The position numbers and the translations under genes are program-made. From a virus, in IMG/VR virus record IMGVR_UViG_3300028394_000038: a DNA stretch of 64,000 nt; one strand, 5' to 3'. This document shows positions 34,701 to 42,575 of the stretch, in pieces. The stretch's first letter is position 1. Every line of letters starts with the position of its first letter. The notes beneath the pieces are model-generated. The model was not told where the DNA came from. It made no database searches and saw only the letters and a program-made list of their open reading frames with translations.

Positions 34701-36882
34701 TGTAACAAATATGCTTGCTGAAAATGCATTAGCAATTACTGGTCTAATTCCAGGAATGGTTATTACTAAAGATGGAACAACTGGACCAACTAATAATGCC
34801 GTGCTCGGTGGGTTTTTAAGTGTTGCTACTATTGCTGAAGTATTCAGTGCAACTAGTATACGAATTACATTATCAACAGGATCTATTACAGCAGGTAAGA
34901 TAATATTTACTGCGGCTGGTGGTAACGACACCACAGGTGATGGTGGTGGTATTACTGTTAAGGCAGCGGTTGATAAGACTCTAATCTGGGTTGCCGCAAC
35001 TAACAAGTGGACAACCAACGTTGGTATAGATGTACCAGATGTTACAGTAACTAACGGGTTTAGTGCAGATACAGTTAGTGTTAAAACATTAACTGCGAAA
35101 GACACAATAACATTAGGTGATAGTACTAATGAGTTTGGTAACACTGATAATATTACTACCAATGCATATTTTGTAGCAGGCAATCAATTAAAGACTGCTA
35201 AAACAACTGGCAATACATTGTCAGTATCAGCATACGATGTTGATGGATTGGCATATCAAGATTTGATTAAACTTACTGCGGGCAACACACCGTTTGTAAC
35301 TATTAAGTCAGATGGTCTTGGAACTTTAGACGGCATAGACATTGGTCAGACTAGTCATAAGCAAGGTAAGTTTACTATATTAGAAACCACCGATACTGCT
35401 ACATTTGGTGCCGCAGTTACTATGACTGCCGCTAACAAAAATGTAACATTTAGCCCAAGTGGTACTGGAACTGTTAAGTTAGAACCTGCTGCCGCATTAA
35501 GTTTAAAATCAACTACCGCTGCCGTAACTATTAGTTCCTATACTGCGGGTAATATGGATGGTATTATTATTGGTGCTAATACTGCTAAGGACGGTACATT
35601 TGTAAACTTAACAGCCACTACCGCAGTAACGTTTTCACGTAATGGCCAAGGTACAAGTACAACTGATGCAACACATACATTAAAAGTTACAGGTGGTGCA
35701 GGATTTAGTGGAAACGTATATGCGGCTAAATTCTACGGTGCTTTTGAAGTACCAGCAGGCTCAGGCACAATCAAAGGACAAATTGACGGTGCTGATAAAG
35801 TTTTAACTGTTACAGCGAGTGACGGAGTCGGTCCATACTACTTGACATTTGCTGATTCTAATAATGCCATTGCTACAAATGAAACTATCTATACTGATGG
35901 CTCATTAAGTTATAATGCAAGTTCTAATACACTAACCGCTGATAACTTTGCAGGTATTGCAACTAAAGCAACAAACTTGACAGGCGGAATATTAGGTTCA
36001 ATACATTATCAATCAGCAAATAATACATCAGCAATCCTAGCACCAAACGTAACTATAACTAACAAGTTTTTACGTTCAGTAGGTGATGGCGCGAGCGGTA
36101 CTGCACCATCTTGGATACAGCTTGCGTCTACTGATATTAGTGATTTTGGTACTGCTGTTAGTGGTTACATTGGTACTGGCACAGAGATAGCCGGTAATGC
36201 GGCAACTGCTAGTAAGTGGAAAACTGCTCGTACAATTTCATTCACCGGTGGAGCAACTGGTAGTGTATCAATCCAGGGCGATGCTAACGTTACTTGTCAG
36301 TTGACATTAGCGGCTGCGGCGGCTGATACAGTAAAAGTTACAGATGAAGCAACAGCAAGTACTGCTAGGTACATAACATTTACTAGCCAAGGTACTAGCG
36401 GGCAACAAGCCAACATCGGAATTGACGGTGACTTGTTCTACAAACCAAGTACAAACACATTAACTGCTAGTTATTTTGCAGGTATTGCTAGCTATGCCAA
36501 CTACGGTGACTTAGCAGAAAAATATCTAGCAGATGCAGACTACGAAGAAGGAACAGTTTTAGTATTTGGCGGAGATGAAGAAGTAACTCAAAGTACAGTC
36601 TTCAACGATCGTAGAGTAGCTGGTGTTATATCCTTAAAAGCTGCCTATACTATGAATGATAAATTAGAAGGCAATCATGTAGCAGTTGTTGCTCTACAAG
36701 GTCGTGTGCCAGTTAAAGTTATCGGTCGTGTACAAAAAGGTGACTTGCTAGTATCAAGCGGTAAGCCAGGATATGCGATTGTTAATAACGATCCACGTGT
36801 TGGCACAGTTATTGGTAAGTCGATAGCAGTAAAAACAACAGACGGCGAAGGCGTTGTCGAAGCTGTTGTAGGTAAACATTAA
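22711..36882 (+). CDS. giant virion/baseplate-fibre protein 2 (about 4723 aa), paralog of 8113..18798
   Basis: GGAG RBS and ATG 22711. N-terminal IGVEGNDGTGDSIREGFRKTNENF (T4 gp9/gp10-type anchor), beta-helix core, six CxRD-type repeats, C-terminal DLAEKY...GRVPVKV...GTVIGK domain. Confidence 0.88.
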   Translation: MARKIVDIGVEGNDGTGDSIREGFRKTNENFKEIYAVFGQEGTLAFLNLGDVEAGQLKNYSAIANQFPVVNNQGSGIKFKPLVGAAGLTITYPDDPADPNYNKIVLTQQRAVAELGSADAAGKFGNSVDGQGFVFGNIADPTQANVLNWNTAFDRHGQTVIGAEKFPVPLGFADNRYINKGTIPGEVADAMVGYLSVPAGATGDQVPQAAETVLKAGATMTGKLFLSDHPGDLAGAGNPIGLDDKQAATKYYVDTTAYSSKVNLYVSTSGDDSQRKTPVGKEGRAFAYAYASLVAACLKAEQLIDESPWETGPYRQLIAYGGAKYYSEITPGGIIIGGGLNGTTRIKFTNDSGSPVDQGIANNRDIIPGKLVVGRNSGARGFIVKYGTIDNTDYVDLRDVTGSFSVGENLFFDQAVKRLEISIFIESGNYYEDYPIRIPRNCSILGDEFRRTVIRPADRISKSPWAGTWFYRDLEFDNLAIAETNWGYHYLSDPTNKASTPKNNKDLDVFLCNDATIIRQISCQGHGGFMMVLDPNGQILTKSPYCQQSGCFSGSLNKQAFRGGQYVDGQAGSMPVTSVSTNSDKTEITVTDAFRIPQTPTAFFVKGKRYKIDTFTDNGLGYRGARELLIANKEFIVAETIAYINDVITPTFTYDAVKFSQAVGNIINAVAWDVVFDSNIQSILIAEEYYVRTKYTTFPSEKTQTLAALNYVKDSLVALLSTNATAAARASAKMDIILQILTSGVNDRNILDASSWTYLGTTITVTKSGGHGLGAGWSVKIVDATATTNAPNGIFNVASIVDANTFTYTVTNAPTGTAGGNIRFTSSPIPIRSIPNPPVDPQALPATTLGIQNSLALLIANRELIKAEYIAYIQTYYSDFLFGTIGVAGYIRDADRIVNAVIYDSIYGGTSQSVLVSNNFFDAEGKSTISTEVTQIYNALEWIRDVAKQVVTNTEITGLLQVSIRQARGTAGTLEIATLVEDNFNSVVTAIRFGADTLPAVSYPSIENVVTSLQSAKSLLDINSNNIRSNTISFINNKYLYDVAAAQRDIRFLVDDLAHDIVYTGDLKMVEHGLGYFVGDAKLVSDPERPRTLAILDYIKQLALAIVDNVSIPNPQLTKVGSLIIGQTYKINTAGSTIWTALGSADNLHNTVFTATATGTVNATQITVGRTYTIVSRGSPTNLTNYISIGSSSNAVGTSFIANAVGTGTGTVVQGTGDARLASGSDFYRRQFGISQTIQLISSGAGPSTIVPSLTWVNTNLVNAFQKLQDTKEVIQSAVITWINNNIASNVTNPNSIWYGFAYNSGTCSRDVGLVVDAVGYDMMFNSNFRSSKAGMAYYRGVASAAIVRDNQLSATIASFAYLKNYLLSTITSAAYGNTANTRVGDKMDVVISILTDGLSAVPAFVLPDPTGFDIDYSNARRLISDNKAFIVDEITSWIAAQIVGNITPFTTQFQYNSAKCAQDVGYIIDAIRYDLTYGGNLETLVAANAYFVGADTTLGTDQKDKTIAAYARLKEIIGKVAQAVQVLDKNTALIQTTAVSGGGASTSVAFAQARVQDIIKQINITAVDSKPQLEYLIGTTRTMVANTKPTGYVSAKNLLVANRAFIQAEVFNYLKNTYTFTITQSTNNQFVTASTAKMRVGMPVKFLGTDPFQQTILSASTPLLVDGKYVVTFEFVRQRVRPDSTKEYEVQGNANGLYNLIVPVAVVPDQSTTDTTTTSITVVYPFNPGVFDYANQTTIRVSGGTFGGVNRDAKYYVKQVVSGTNFTISETISGGTPGSLFSVDSDTGTMYCSFAFDEATCRRDTGFLVSNISTDILYGGRYNTIKSGKRYLVASSVLVVTEQSVECRAGISYIDTLAQRIINNQAPLVNYQTLNNVNPNDFVAQVFDTNATGGSAAGATINGLVGLVNDIILNGKLWADSISNIPDAVVYPKYVLQLNQDTPYNTYLSGPLPDELVLQAAGNTSMLSNDWTQLNDLAYGLVATNNGLIETVSVFTYYCWTAYYSRNGGQIRSVAGSNAHGEYALVAEGSDPFEVPDAANLANDMPQVARIYKSGPFAAEMGKTKTTVYIDTYSYLPYNVSEIEINHGYTIVDGAITDIGITRYEVAGITDASGTYFSTAQPSAEAAALYGGNGKYRVKFTFPPKTYIPDVGRYYTITGNANTAYNNNLTGWLCVASDVNYVTLEFTSVNPGTFSTTTATTLKLKSGTILRLNLNTSGTNNTSSTGLQNELFDNQLVVIRPNQNFKFYNVDNISPTRPSTALTFRGDPLDNADAPVYRVLAFNTKDPLSNPMTLTYNTIERAYSSSNVITVGSTLSLRAGMKVSIVSGTGSLSESTTVVSITSDTTFTVSPAPAVALSNAIIQAVSPTQNDIILTFDSSYSYIGLVIDPDHNTLTEAQAGIDGGSTTRTLGSQIGDQYLSIRKINSAGELQRILTGQMCFAWNGRVHRISNYLVRTISSTEGYGIVQLNEVTADATRSYQDISGYGGTGIAAPTRPGEGYNISTAVYDSDAQLITYSITGLETAPNAARFTGVISATTLTVSNITSGTILVGSTITGITGTSVTAGTRITEQLTCSAASIYSSTATGISGAYTITLSVGSANILQGQFVSGNAATIAGLPTNTYVTNISGTTITLSNALTSNISATVYFFTAGLAGTYSVNNLYPAPVSSQLMGVHYTVYGNSNISYNIAGPILTSTYQSLTIAAAKATVVGSVSGLFLTVNYVSGNTIQLGQNISGTGLSAGTYVVAQSSGTPGGVGVYQLNTVASILTPTFTASINNGSGSAGTILNVSTVDSGTILVGADIQKTGGTGVTTGTTITGQLTGVTVATTTATGTSGTNILSVASVVGIVVGQLVTGTGVPNDTYVKEINITGIQLVGSNGATRVLTQAATGGSYVFATAGGQGTYSVDVSQLVTSGEMKALFIAIPGIFGPTSATRIFPTEKLYNPALVQDNTITLRTGLSAGEPADIIINISTCRVTGHDFSDIGTGGYNQTNYPNKVYGVGKAKNQKKEVAERGTGRVFWVATDQDGFFRVGRFFTVDQGTGTVTFAASLALSNLDGLGFKRGRAISEFSDDDTFQDLSDTKVPTEHAIDGYINRRLGIDRNNVIISEGTLGAGFLDRNGILEMNANLRLGGHYVENLGEITSTTPFNYAVTKRYVDNQQMSDAFVDVDGKFNNDILIYNGDRSPPLTPAWVNAKSSSYNSQIYVELIADKEVDIRVKSETIVNSQIKEDANISQNKLDINVANEQRDQGVLLSGVQLSSGYVVATSDAPTGKSPHWLVKLSVSGTPTLLSSNIWYTVSGNSNLNYNGKFFCVSSSLRVGGANAYIILEYPEYPGVFGGTTTTVTPWETTITSQLNHGLVAGDNVLITGSMVASVSVVASGQINSRRLILTSQNSGVGTGQLVTGTNIPDNTYVASVDGSSVTLTEKLIGVVDAATVTFASNINGNWLVKSVPATNSFVISLDTRLSGAFTLTTARATKLGLSTFNKNQFAVTNGFVSLKTSLTDAVTATINANSNIVTISNSDMAKIGVGHVITIRSGGSNVIVPTTALANPTGIDNGVQPQPMTVTAITSDTTFTVSVAFGGTGSAASAILNIISGVPLSSVQQIETDRIIGNLSGSRTTPNTVTTGQIVKAGDGIKNIQFNDDQLADVAVRGIMSIITRDTEYPHKNTYGVWNVTKTGAGNSVVRTTNEGAIEATQYILDSKKAIDTSGGANIDFFTPGQAKFLTASGNSGVAAQPNISVGTFTTSINTTATRNDSGLITVRDTANMYIGQEIAISGTPFGGLTVGTYYIVSINGLTNQITLSTSDTLSPVFSGTTGVAPSGQAMTVAGTTINPGVLNGQVYVPNLKAYGNVIFNPINANISFQPRSTNGSSGTITMYPAVNGSINNMSIGSSSESTGKFTTVEITSTTDAVNSTTGPLKVAGGASIAKKLFVGGNFEVTGDTLLTGNLVVKGVTTTVNSNTVNIADKNIILAGVSTSPKISGDIDASGIVTNMLAENALAITGLIPGMVITKDGTTGPTNNAVLGGFLSVATIAEVFSATSIRITLSTGSITAGKIIFTAAGGNDTTGDGGGITVKAAVDKTLIWVAATNKWTTNVGIDVPDVTVTNGFSADTVSVKTLTAKDTITLGDSTNEFGNTDNITTNAYFVAGNQLKTAKTTGNTLSVSAYDVDGLAYQDLIKLTAGNTPFVTIKSDGLGTLDGIDIGQTSHKQGKFTILETTDTATFGAAVTMTAANKNVTFSPSGTGTVKLEPAAALSLKSTTAAVTISSYTAGNMDGIIIGANTAKDGTFVNLTATTAVTFSRNGQGTSTTDATHTLKVTGGAGFSGNVYAAKFYGAFEVPAGSGTIKGQIDGADKVLTVTASDGVGPYYLTFADSNNAIATNETIYTDGSLSYNASSNTLTADNFAGIATKATNLTGGILGSIHYQSANNTSAILAPNVTITNKFLRSVGDGASGTAPSWIQLASTDISDFGTAVSGYIGTGTEIAGNAATASKWKTARTISFTGGATGSVSIQGDANVTCQLTLAAAAADTVKVTDEATASTARYITFTSQGTSGQQANIGIDGDLFYKPSTNTLTASYFAGIASYANYGDLAEKYLADADYEEGTVLVFGGDEEVTQSTVFNDRRVAGVISLKAAYTMNDKLEGNHVAVVALQGRVPVKVIGRVQKGDLLVSSGKPGYAIVNNDPRVGTVIGKSIAVKTTDGEGVVEAVVGKH

Positions 36883-36893
36883 AGGAAACAACT

Positions 36894-37688
36894 ATGCCAG
36901 TTCCATTTGAAATTCGAGACAATCTTGTTAACGTTGGCGTAGTTGCCAACGACGGTACAGGTGACGATCTTAGAGATGCATTTTTAAAAATTAACGGAAA
37001 TTTCTTATACTTAGGTAATAGATTAGGAACAAATCCTAGCGGAGCTAACATAGGGCCACGAGGTGAATCAGTTTTTAAAGAAGTTGTAGATTTTCAATAT
37101 CGATTTAGAAAAATTGATGCTGATGGCAATCTGCATGTTAGACTTGTAGGCGATGTTATAACTTTAGAGTTTAAACCAAATAGCGCAGTTAATTTCCAAG
37201 GGCAGGCAATTACTAATGCTGGCGCTGTTACTGCTACTAGTTTCACTGGTAACCTAAGTGGTAATGTAACTGGTAATGTAACGGGCAACGCAGGTTCTGT
37301 AACAAACGGTGTTTACACCACCGGTGATCAAACAATTGGCGGAGTTAAAACATTTAACTCTAGAATAAACGCAAGTATTAACGGAAATGCACATACAGTA
37401 GATGACGGAGTTTACACCCAGGGAAATCAGAACATAGATGGTTTTAAAACTTTCCTCCAACCTATCTCAGGGCTATTATCCGGCAACGTAACCGGGCTAA
37501 TTAGAAGCCCTAACCAAACTGCTTACGTGGATGTGAGTAACCTAGAAAGACGAATAAATACATTTGACTATGGAGTTATCAATCCAGTGTTTATGGACCC
37601 TATAAGATATTATTTGTATGCTGTAGGGACAGATATGGGCACATTCAATAACCCTAGCGACTTTGGCATAGACGCTGGAACTATATAA
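36894..37688 (+). CDS. baseplate/fibre protein with gp9/gp10-like N-terminus
   Basis: VNVGVVANDGTGDDLRDAFLKINGNF, GNVT repeats, two GVYT.G.Q.I.G.KTF motifs. Confidence 0.8.
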   Translation: MPVPFEIRDNLVNVGVVANDGTGDDLRDAFLKINGNFLYLGNRLGTNPSGANIGPRGESVFKEVVDFQYRFRKIDADGNLHVRLVGDVITLEFKPNSAVNFQGQAITNAGAVTATSFTGNLSGNVTGNVTGNAGSVTNGVYTTGDQTIGGVKTFNSRINASINGNAHTVDDGVYTQGNQNIDGFKTFLQPISGLLSGNVTGLIRSPNQTAYVDVSNLERRINTFDYGVINPVFMDPIRYYLYAVGTDMGTFNNPSDFGIDAGTI

Positions 37689-37699
37689 CGGAGAATAAA

Positions 37700-39406
37700 A
37701 TGGCATTACAAATTAGACGCGGACCAACAGCAGACAGAACAACTAAGAGATTTGTCGAAGGTGAGTTGGTTTACGACACGCAAGAAAAAGCACTGTATGT
37801 TGGTGATAGCGCCGATGGTGGTGTTACTGGGACTTTAGGCGGAAAAGCGGCATCGTCTTATACTGACGAGCGAGCGGTTGACGCAGTAGGTGCGGCACTG
37901 GTTGCTGGTACCGGAAATGTTGTCTTTACCTATGGCACTACGCAAGATAATGCAAATAGAATAGATGCAACTGTTACATTAGATGGTATTGGTTTGTTGA
38001 ATGTTGTAGAAGATACAACACCACAACTAGGCGGTAACTTAGATTTAAATAGTCGCGATATTACAGGCACTGGAAATGTTAACATTACCGGAACAGTAAC
38101 TGCCACAGGGTTTACAGGACCATTAACTGGTAATGCCTCAACAGTTACTAACGGAATATATGCTGGACAGAAATTTTATGTTGGTACTACAGAGATTGAT
38201 ATACAAAGATCTAGTCTTGCCCAAACACTAACTGGCACAAGTATCGATGGTAATGCAGGTGGTAATGCGGCAACAGCAACCAAGCTAGCCGCTACTAAAA
38301 ACATTAACGGTGTAGCATTTGACGGCAGTGCAGACATTACAGTTATTACACAAGGAACTGGCGTAACTGTTAGCGGAAGTACTATTAGTATCGGTCAAGC
38401 AGTTGCTACAACTAGTAATGTTACATTCAATAATGTAACAGTTAGCGGTGATTTAACAGTTAATGGTGATACTACAACACTTAATACATCAACACTAACT
38501 GTTGAGGACATTAATATTAACATTGCTAAAAATGCTACAAGTAACGGTTTTGTCGACGGTGCCGGTATTACTATTGGTAATTATGCAAATAGTCCTTCGA
38601 TAACATATACAGCAACTGGCGATAAACTTGTTTTTAATAGACAAGTTGAAGCTACTAGTTTTGCTGGTAATGTGTCTGGTAGCGTAACTGGTAACGTAAC
38701 TGGTAACGTAACTGGTAACGTAACTAGTACAGGAGATAACGCATTTTCAACTGCAACTGTCAGTGGCGGAGATGCTAATAACTCTAGTTTAAAACTTGCA
38801 GGTTACAATCAACGTGGAGGTGTTGGATTTCATGGTTTCTTAGAAGTTAGAAACAACTATTCTTCTGCGGCAAATCCCAACAGATATTTCCGTTTAAATT
38901 CCGACGGTGTTTTAGAAATTATTAATAGCTCGTATGCCGTAACATTATTGGCATTAGACAATGACGGAAATATGGAAATCCACGGAACATTTAATTCTAC
39001 TGGTAACATTACTGCTCCGCAATTTAACGGAACAGTAGCAGGTAATGTTATTACTACTAGTATTAACACCCCAAGTCTTGGCACTACACTTACAATGACC
39101 CCTCAGGTAACATTTAGCAATTATGTTAACATTGACCAAGGTCTTTTAATATCCGGTGATTATGCATTATCAGTTTCAGGATATAAAGTTATTAGTCAAA
39201 ATACTCCAGGATACACAACTGCGGCTGATTTGAATAATACTAGAGCAACATTTAATGTTCCTGTACGCTTTGGCAGCTATACAACTGTACAAAGAAATGC
39301 ATTATCGGCTACCAACGGCGATGTGGTTTACTGTACAGATAGCGGCCCCGGTGGTATTGGACAGTTTTGTGGCTATGCAAACGGCGCTTGGGTATCACTA
39401 AGTTAA
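37700..39406 (+). CDS. tail fibre protein with Mtd/hyaluronidase-type N-terminal domain
   Basis: MALQIRRG...GELVYDT...LYVGD, DTTPQLGGNLDLN, ATATKLA...INGVAFDGSADI. Confidence 0.8.
   Translation: MALQIRRGPTADRTTKRFVEGELVYDTQEKALYVGDSADGGVTGTLGGKAASSYTDERAVDAVGAALVAGTGNVVFTYGTTQDNANRIDATVTLDGIGLLNVVEDTTPQLGGNLDLNSRDITGTGNVNITGTVTATGFTGPLTGNASTVTNGIYAGQKFYVGTTEIDIQRSSLAQTLTGTSIDGNAGGNAATATKLAATKNINGVAFDGSADITVITQGTGVTVSGSTISIGQAVATTSNVTFNNVTVSGDLTVNGDTTTLNTSTLTVEDININIAKNATSNGFVDGAGITIGNYANSPSITYTATGDKLVFNRQVEATSFAGNVSGSVTGNVTGNVTGNVTSTGDNAFSTATVSGGDANNSSLKLAGYNQRGGVGFHGFLEVRNNYSSAANPNRYFRLNSDGVLEIINSSYAVTLLALDNDGNMEIHGTFNSTGNITAPQFNGTVAGNVITTSINTPSLGTTLTMTPQVTFSNYVNIDQGLLISGDYALSVSGYKVISQNTPGYTTAADLNNTRATFNVPVRFGSYTTVQRNALSATNGDVVYCTDSGPGGIGQFCGYANGAWVSLS
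38683..38725 (+). repeat. perfect 12-nt tandem repeat (CGTAACTGGTAA, about 3.5 copies) encoding VTGN
   Basis: Units start at 38683, 38695 and 38707, with a partial unit at 38719. Confidence 0.9.
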
Positions 39407-39434
39407 CAATAAATACAGCATATAGGATAATAAT

Positions 39435-42400
39435 ATGCTGAATATTTGGAGCGTAAAATCTGGGCACTCACTTGGATCCCTACAAGAAGGTACGGTATTC
39501 AAGAATATCCACGGGGCAGACAATCGTATACCCCTACCACTAATCAACGGTGCTGATTTATCCAATTTAACTTTTAGTTTAATTTCTGGAAAACTACCCC
39601 AAGGACTTAGACTGATAGATCATTACATTTCAGGATCTCCATACGAAGTTGTTAGATCAACTGTTTCAACATTTGTTATTAGAGCAAGTAATTCAGTTAC
39701 TGGCGAAATATCGGACCGCACGTTATCAATTACAGTTGAAGGTGCAGATGCTCCAAAATGGGTTACTACGGAAGGTACATTGCCTGTAGGGGCAGTACCC
39801 TATAGAATAGCACGGATAGTAAGTGCATCAAGATATAATAATATTGTTACACTTACAACTGACAAAGCACACGACTTTGTTTTTGATAACGAGATCTCAG
39901 TAACTAGTTCATTAGCTGATATCAATAATAATAAAATAAAAATTATACGTCCAGGATTTTCTGGAGTTGAAACGCCCGACGAATACATTTATAGAATAGC
40001 ACACACTATAACATATAGAGATGTTGGTATTAACTTTGGTACTAGATCCGTTACAGGCACAGTCCAGTTATTAAAAGCGCCGCTGACTTTTGTGTTAGAC
40101 GGAACCTATATTGATTTTCAATTACTAGCCACTGACACTGATCTGCGAGCAGGGGACGAATTAGAATTCTTTATTGAAGATAACAGCGGACAACTTCCAC
40201 CGGGTCTAACATTAAATAGAAATGGACGCATTACTGGATTTATTGATCCTATTCTTGCTCTTGACATTACTGCCCGAGACGGAACATTTGACGTTAATAC
40301 GTTTGATGATTATCCGTATGATTTTGCTCCGTTGCCTAACATTGGTATTGCAGGATACGAACAAGTACTTACTCCTAAAAAATTAAATAGATTCTATGAA
40401 TTTATTGTTAGTGTAAGTGACGGCGAAACTATTACCAAACGTACATTTAAAATATATGTAGTTGGAGATGACTTCTTACGCACAGATAATACCATAATGA
40501 AAATTGGTGGCGGTGCTTATATTTCCTATACTTCCGACAGCACCTATCTACGTAGCCCAATTTGGTTAAGCGCGGCTAACCTAGGAACTAAACGTGCTAA
40601 TAATTATGTTACTGTTATACTAGATACATTTGATCCGAATCCAGCAATTGGGCCAGTTGATTATCGTTTAGAAAAATTTAACCCTGATGGTACTCCAAGC
40701 GAGTTGCCGGCAGGTCTAGCACTTGATCCTAGCAACAGCGAAATTTTTGGTTTTGTTCCTTACCAACCAGCTGTTACAATAAATTATAAATTTACAGTTA
40801 GTGCAACAAAGTACGATAAAGAAAATCTTGAACAAATTGAAGTTGAAATTGTCAATGCAGAATTAGCGCCAATTGGTCAAAATTATTTAAAAATTAACAA
40901 ATTACCAACAAGTGATCAACAATTGATCACTAATGACAACATACGAATTGGTGCTTATACTTACAAGATTAACTCTTACGAAGTGCTGTCTAATCAAGCA
41001 TATGACACTATTAAATTAGATAAGCCCCTAAAGAATGTAGTTATTAAAAGTTTTGTTATTGCCAATTCTTATTACAGAGTACTAAGTCAGCTGTATACAA
41101 CACGTACAAGTTCAAAAACTTTTACCATGCAGGTGCTTGGAGAGATTGACAGCGTTATTAGATTCTTAACTCCTGCTAACTTGGGATCAGTTAGAGCAAA
41201 CTTATCAAGTCAATTAGAAATACAAGCAGAAACTACAGTAATAGGTGCTGTACTAACTTATAGACAAGTTAGAGGAACATTACCTCCGGGTGTTGAGTTA
41301 CGTGCTAATGGCGAACTGATTGGGCGTGTTACACAATTTGGAAATATTGTCTACAGAAGTTTTTGGAAAAGCGGAAAGCAATATAAAATTAATGATGTTA
41401 TAAAATATCAAGATCAATTATATAAAGCTAACTTTGCACATACTAGTAGCACACCGTTTAATATATCTCATTGGGACAAATATACTTTTAGAAATAATAT
41501 CACAGGTCTCACAACATATGATAGCAGAACTACTAGCTTTGATGGTCGCACAGGAACGCAAGATCGATCTTATACATTTACTGTATTGGCCCAAGATCAA
41601 TTTAAATACAGTGCCATATCCGGAACGTTTACAGTATTTGTAGAAGACCCCGATGTGAAATTGTTTAGTAATGTTTATGTTAAACCGTTTCCTACATTAG
41701 CCAAACGAGCAAAGTTTTATACGTTTATTAACGACTTGGATATTTTTACTGAAAGTAAGATATATCGATCAAGTGATCCAAACTATGGTGTACAAAAAGA
41801 ATTAAAAATGTTGATATATGCTGGCATTGAAACTCTAGAAATTAAAAACTATGTGCCTGCACTAGCTATGAATACTAAACGTAAACGTTTTCGTATAGGT
41901 AGTCCAAAGAAGGCCATTGCAAGGAACCAGGGTTCAAACGATACAATATATGAAGTAATATATCTTGAAATTTTTGACGAGTACGAAATTGGAAAACTTA
42001 GTCCTGCTCAGGCAATAAAGTTATCATACGGCTCCCGTTCTAAAGTTCAAGTTAATCAAACTGACATAAATCCGGTTAACGGACTATTAAACTTATCTAA
42101 TAACAAAATACGCAATAAATTAAACGAAGATAGCATAGATAGATTTCGAGGTGCTGGAGATAATTTAAAAGCAGATACAACTGCGGTTAGGGCTAGTGGT
42201 AAAGATCTTGAATACATCTATCCTTCTAGCGTTAGTAATATTAGGCGCAATATAAAAACATTAATTGTTGGGGACAGTCCTAGACAAATTGATACAGAAA
42301 ATAGCTTTTTGCCGCCATGGATGGTTACTCCGCAGGACTCAAAAACTCCTGCGACAGGGTATATAAAGGCGGTGCCGTTATGCTATTGCAAACCCGGTGA

Positions 42401-42548
42401 AGCAGACTATATTTTACAAAATATAGCACACAGCGGATTTGATTTTACTAGTTTAGACTTTGAAATTGATAGATTTATTATCGATGCAGTTTCTGGAAAC
42501 AATGAAGACCAGTATTTGAAAATTCCTAATTACAAGTTTAACGTATGA
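39435..42548 (+). CDS. baseplate/virion protein with Ig-like (He_PIG-type) repeats and a CBM5/12-like module
   Basis: Repeated SG.LP.GL.L...G.I.G motifs, WKSGKQYKINDVIKYQDQLYKA. Late box at 39409-39415. Confidence 0.78.
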   Translation: MLNIWSVKSGHSLGSLQEGTVFKNIHGADNRIPLPLINGADLSNLTFSLISGKLPQGLRLIDHYISGSPYEVVRSTVSTFVIRASNSVTGEISDRTLSITVEGADAPKWVTTEGTLPVGAVPYRIARIVSASRYNNIVTLTTDKAHDFVFDNEISVTSSLADINNNKIKIIRPGFSGVETPDEYIYRIAHTITYRDVGINFGTRSVTGTVQLLKAPLTFVLDGTYIDFQLLATDTDLRAGDELEFFIEDNSGQLPPGLTLNRNGRITGFIDPILALDITARDGTFDVNTFDDYPYDFAPLPNIGIAGYEQVLTPKKLNRFYEFIVSVSDGETITKRTFKIYVVGDDFLRTDNTIMKIGGGAYISYTSDSTYLRSPIWLSAANLGTKRANNYVTVILDTFDPNPAIGPVDYRLEKFNPDGTPSELPAGLALDPSNSEIFGFVPYQPAVTINYKFTVSATKYDKENLEQIEVEIVNAELAPIGQNYLKINKLPTSDQQLITNDNIRIGAYTYKINSYEVLSNQAYDTIKLDKPLKNVVIKSFVIANSYYRVLSQLYTTRTSSKTFTMQVLGEIDSVIRFLTPANLGSVRANLSSQLEIQAETTVIGAVLTYRQVRGTLPPGVELRANGELIGRVTQFGNIVYRSFWKSGKQYKINDVIKYQDQLYKANFAHTSSTPFNISHWDKYTFRNNITGLTTYDSRTTSFDGRTGTQDRSYTFTVLAQDQFKYSAISGTFTVFVEDPDVKLFSNVYVKPFPTLAKRAKFYTFINDLDIFTESKIYRSSDPNYGVQKELKMLIYAGIETLEIKNYVPALAMNTKRKRFRIGSPKKAIARNQGSNDTIYEVIYLEIFDEYEIGKLSPAQAIKLSYGSRSKVQVNQTDINPVNGLLNLSNNKIRNKLNEDSIDRFRGAGDNLKADTTAVRASGKDLEYIYPSSVSNIRRNIKTLIVGDSPRQIDTENSFLPPWMVTPQDSKTPATGYIKAVPLCYCKPGEADYILQNIAHSGFDFTSLDFEIDRFIIDAVSGNNEDQYLKIPNYKFNV

Positions 42549-42575
42549 TAAATACTTAATCAAGGATACTATAAC

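Noticed and set aside
34254-35183. 309-aa antisense ORF inside giant protein 2
   Set aside because: Same codon-bias shadow, fully nested in a well-supported gene.
37700-39406. Mtd-like N-terminus suggesting a diversity-generating retroelement target
   Set aside because: No reverse transcriptase and no TR/VR pair with adenine-specific differences is visible in the window. The N-terminal domain is a generic fibre anchor.
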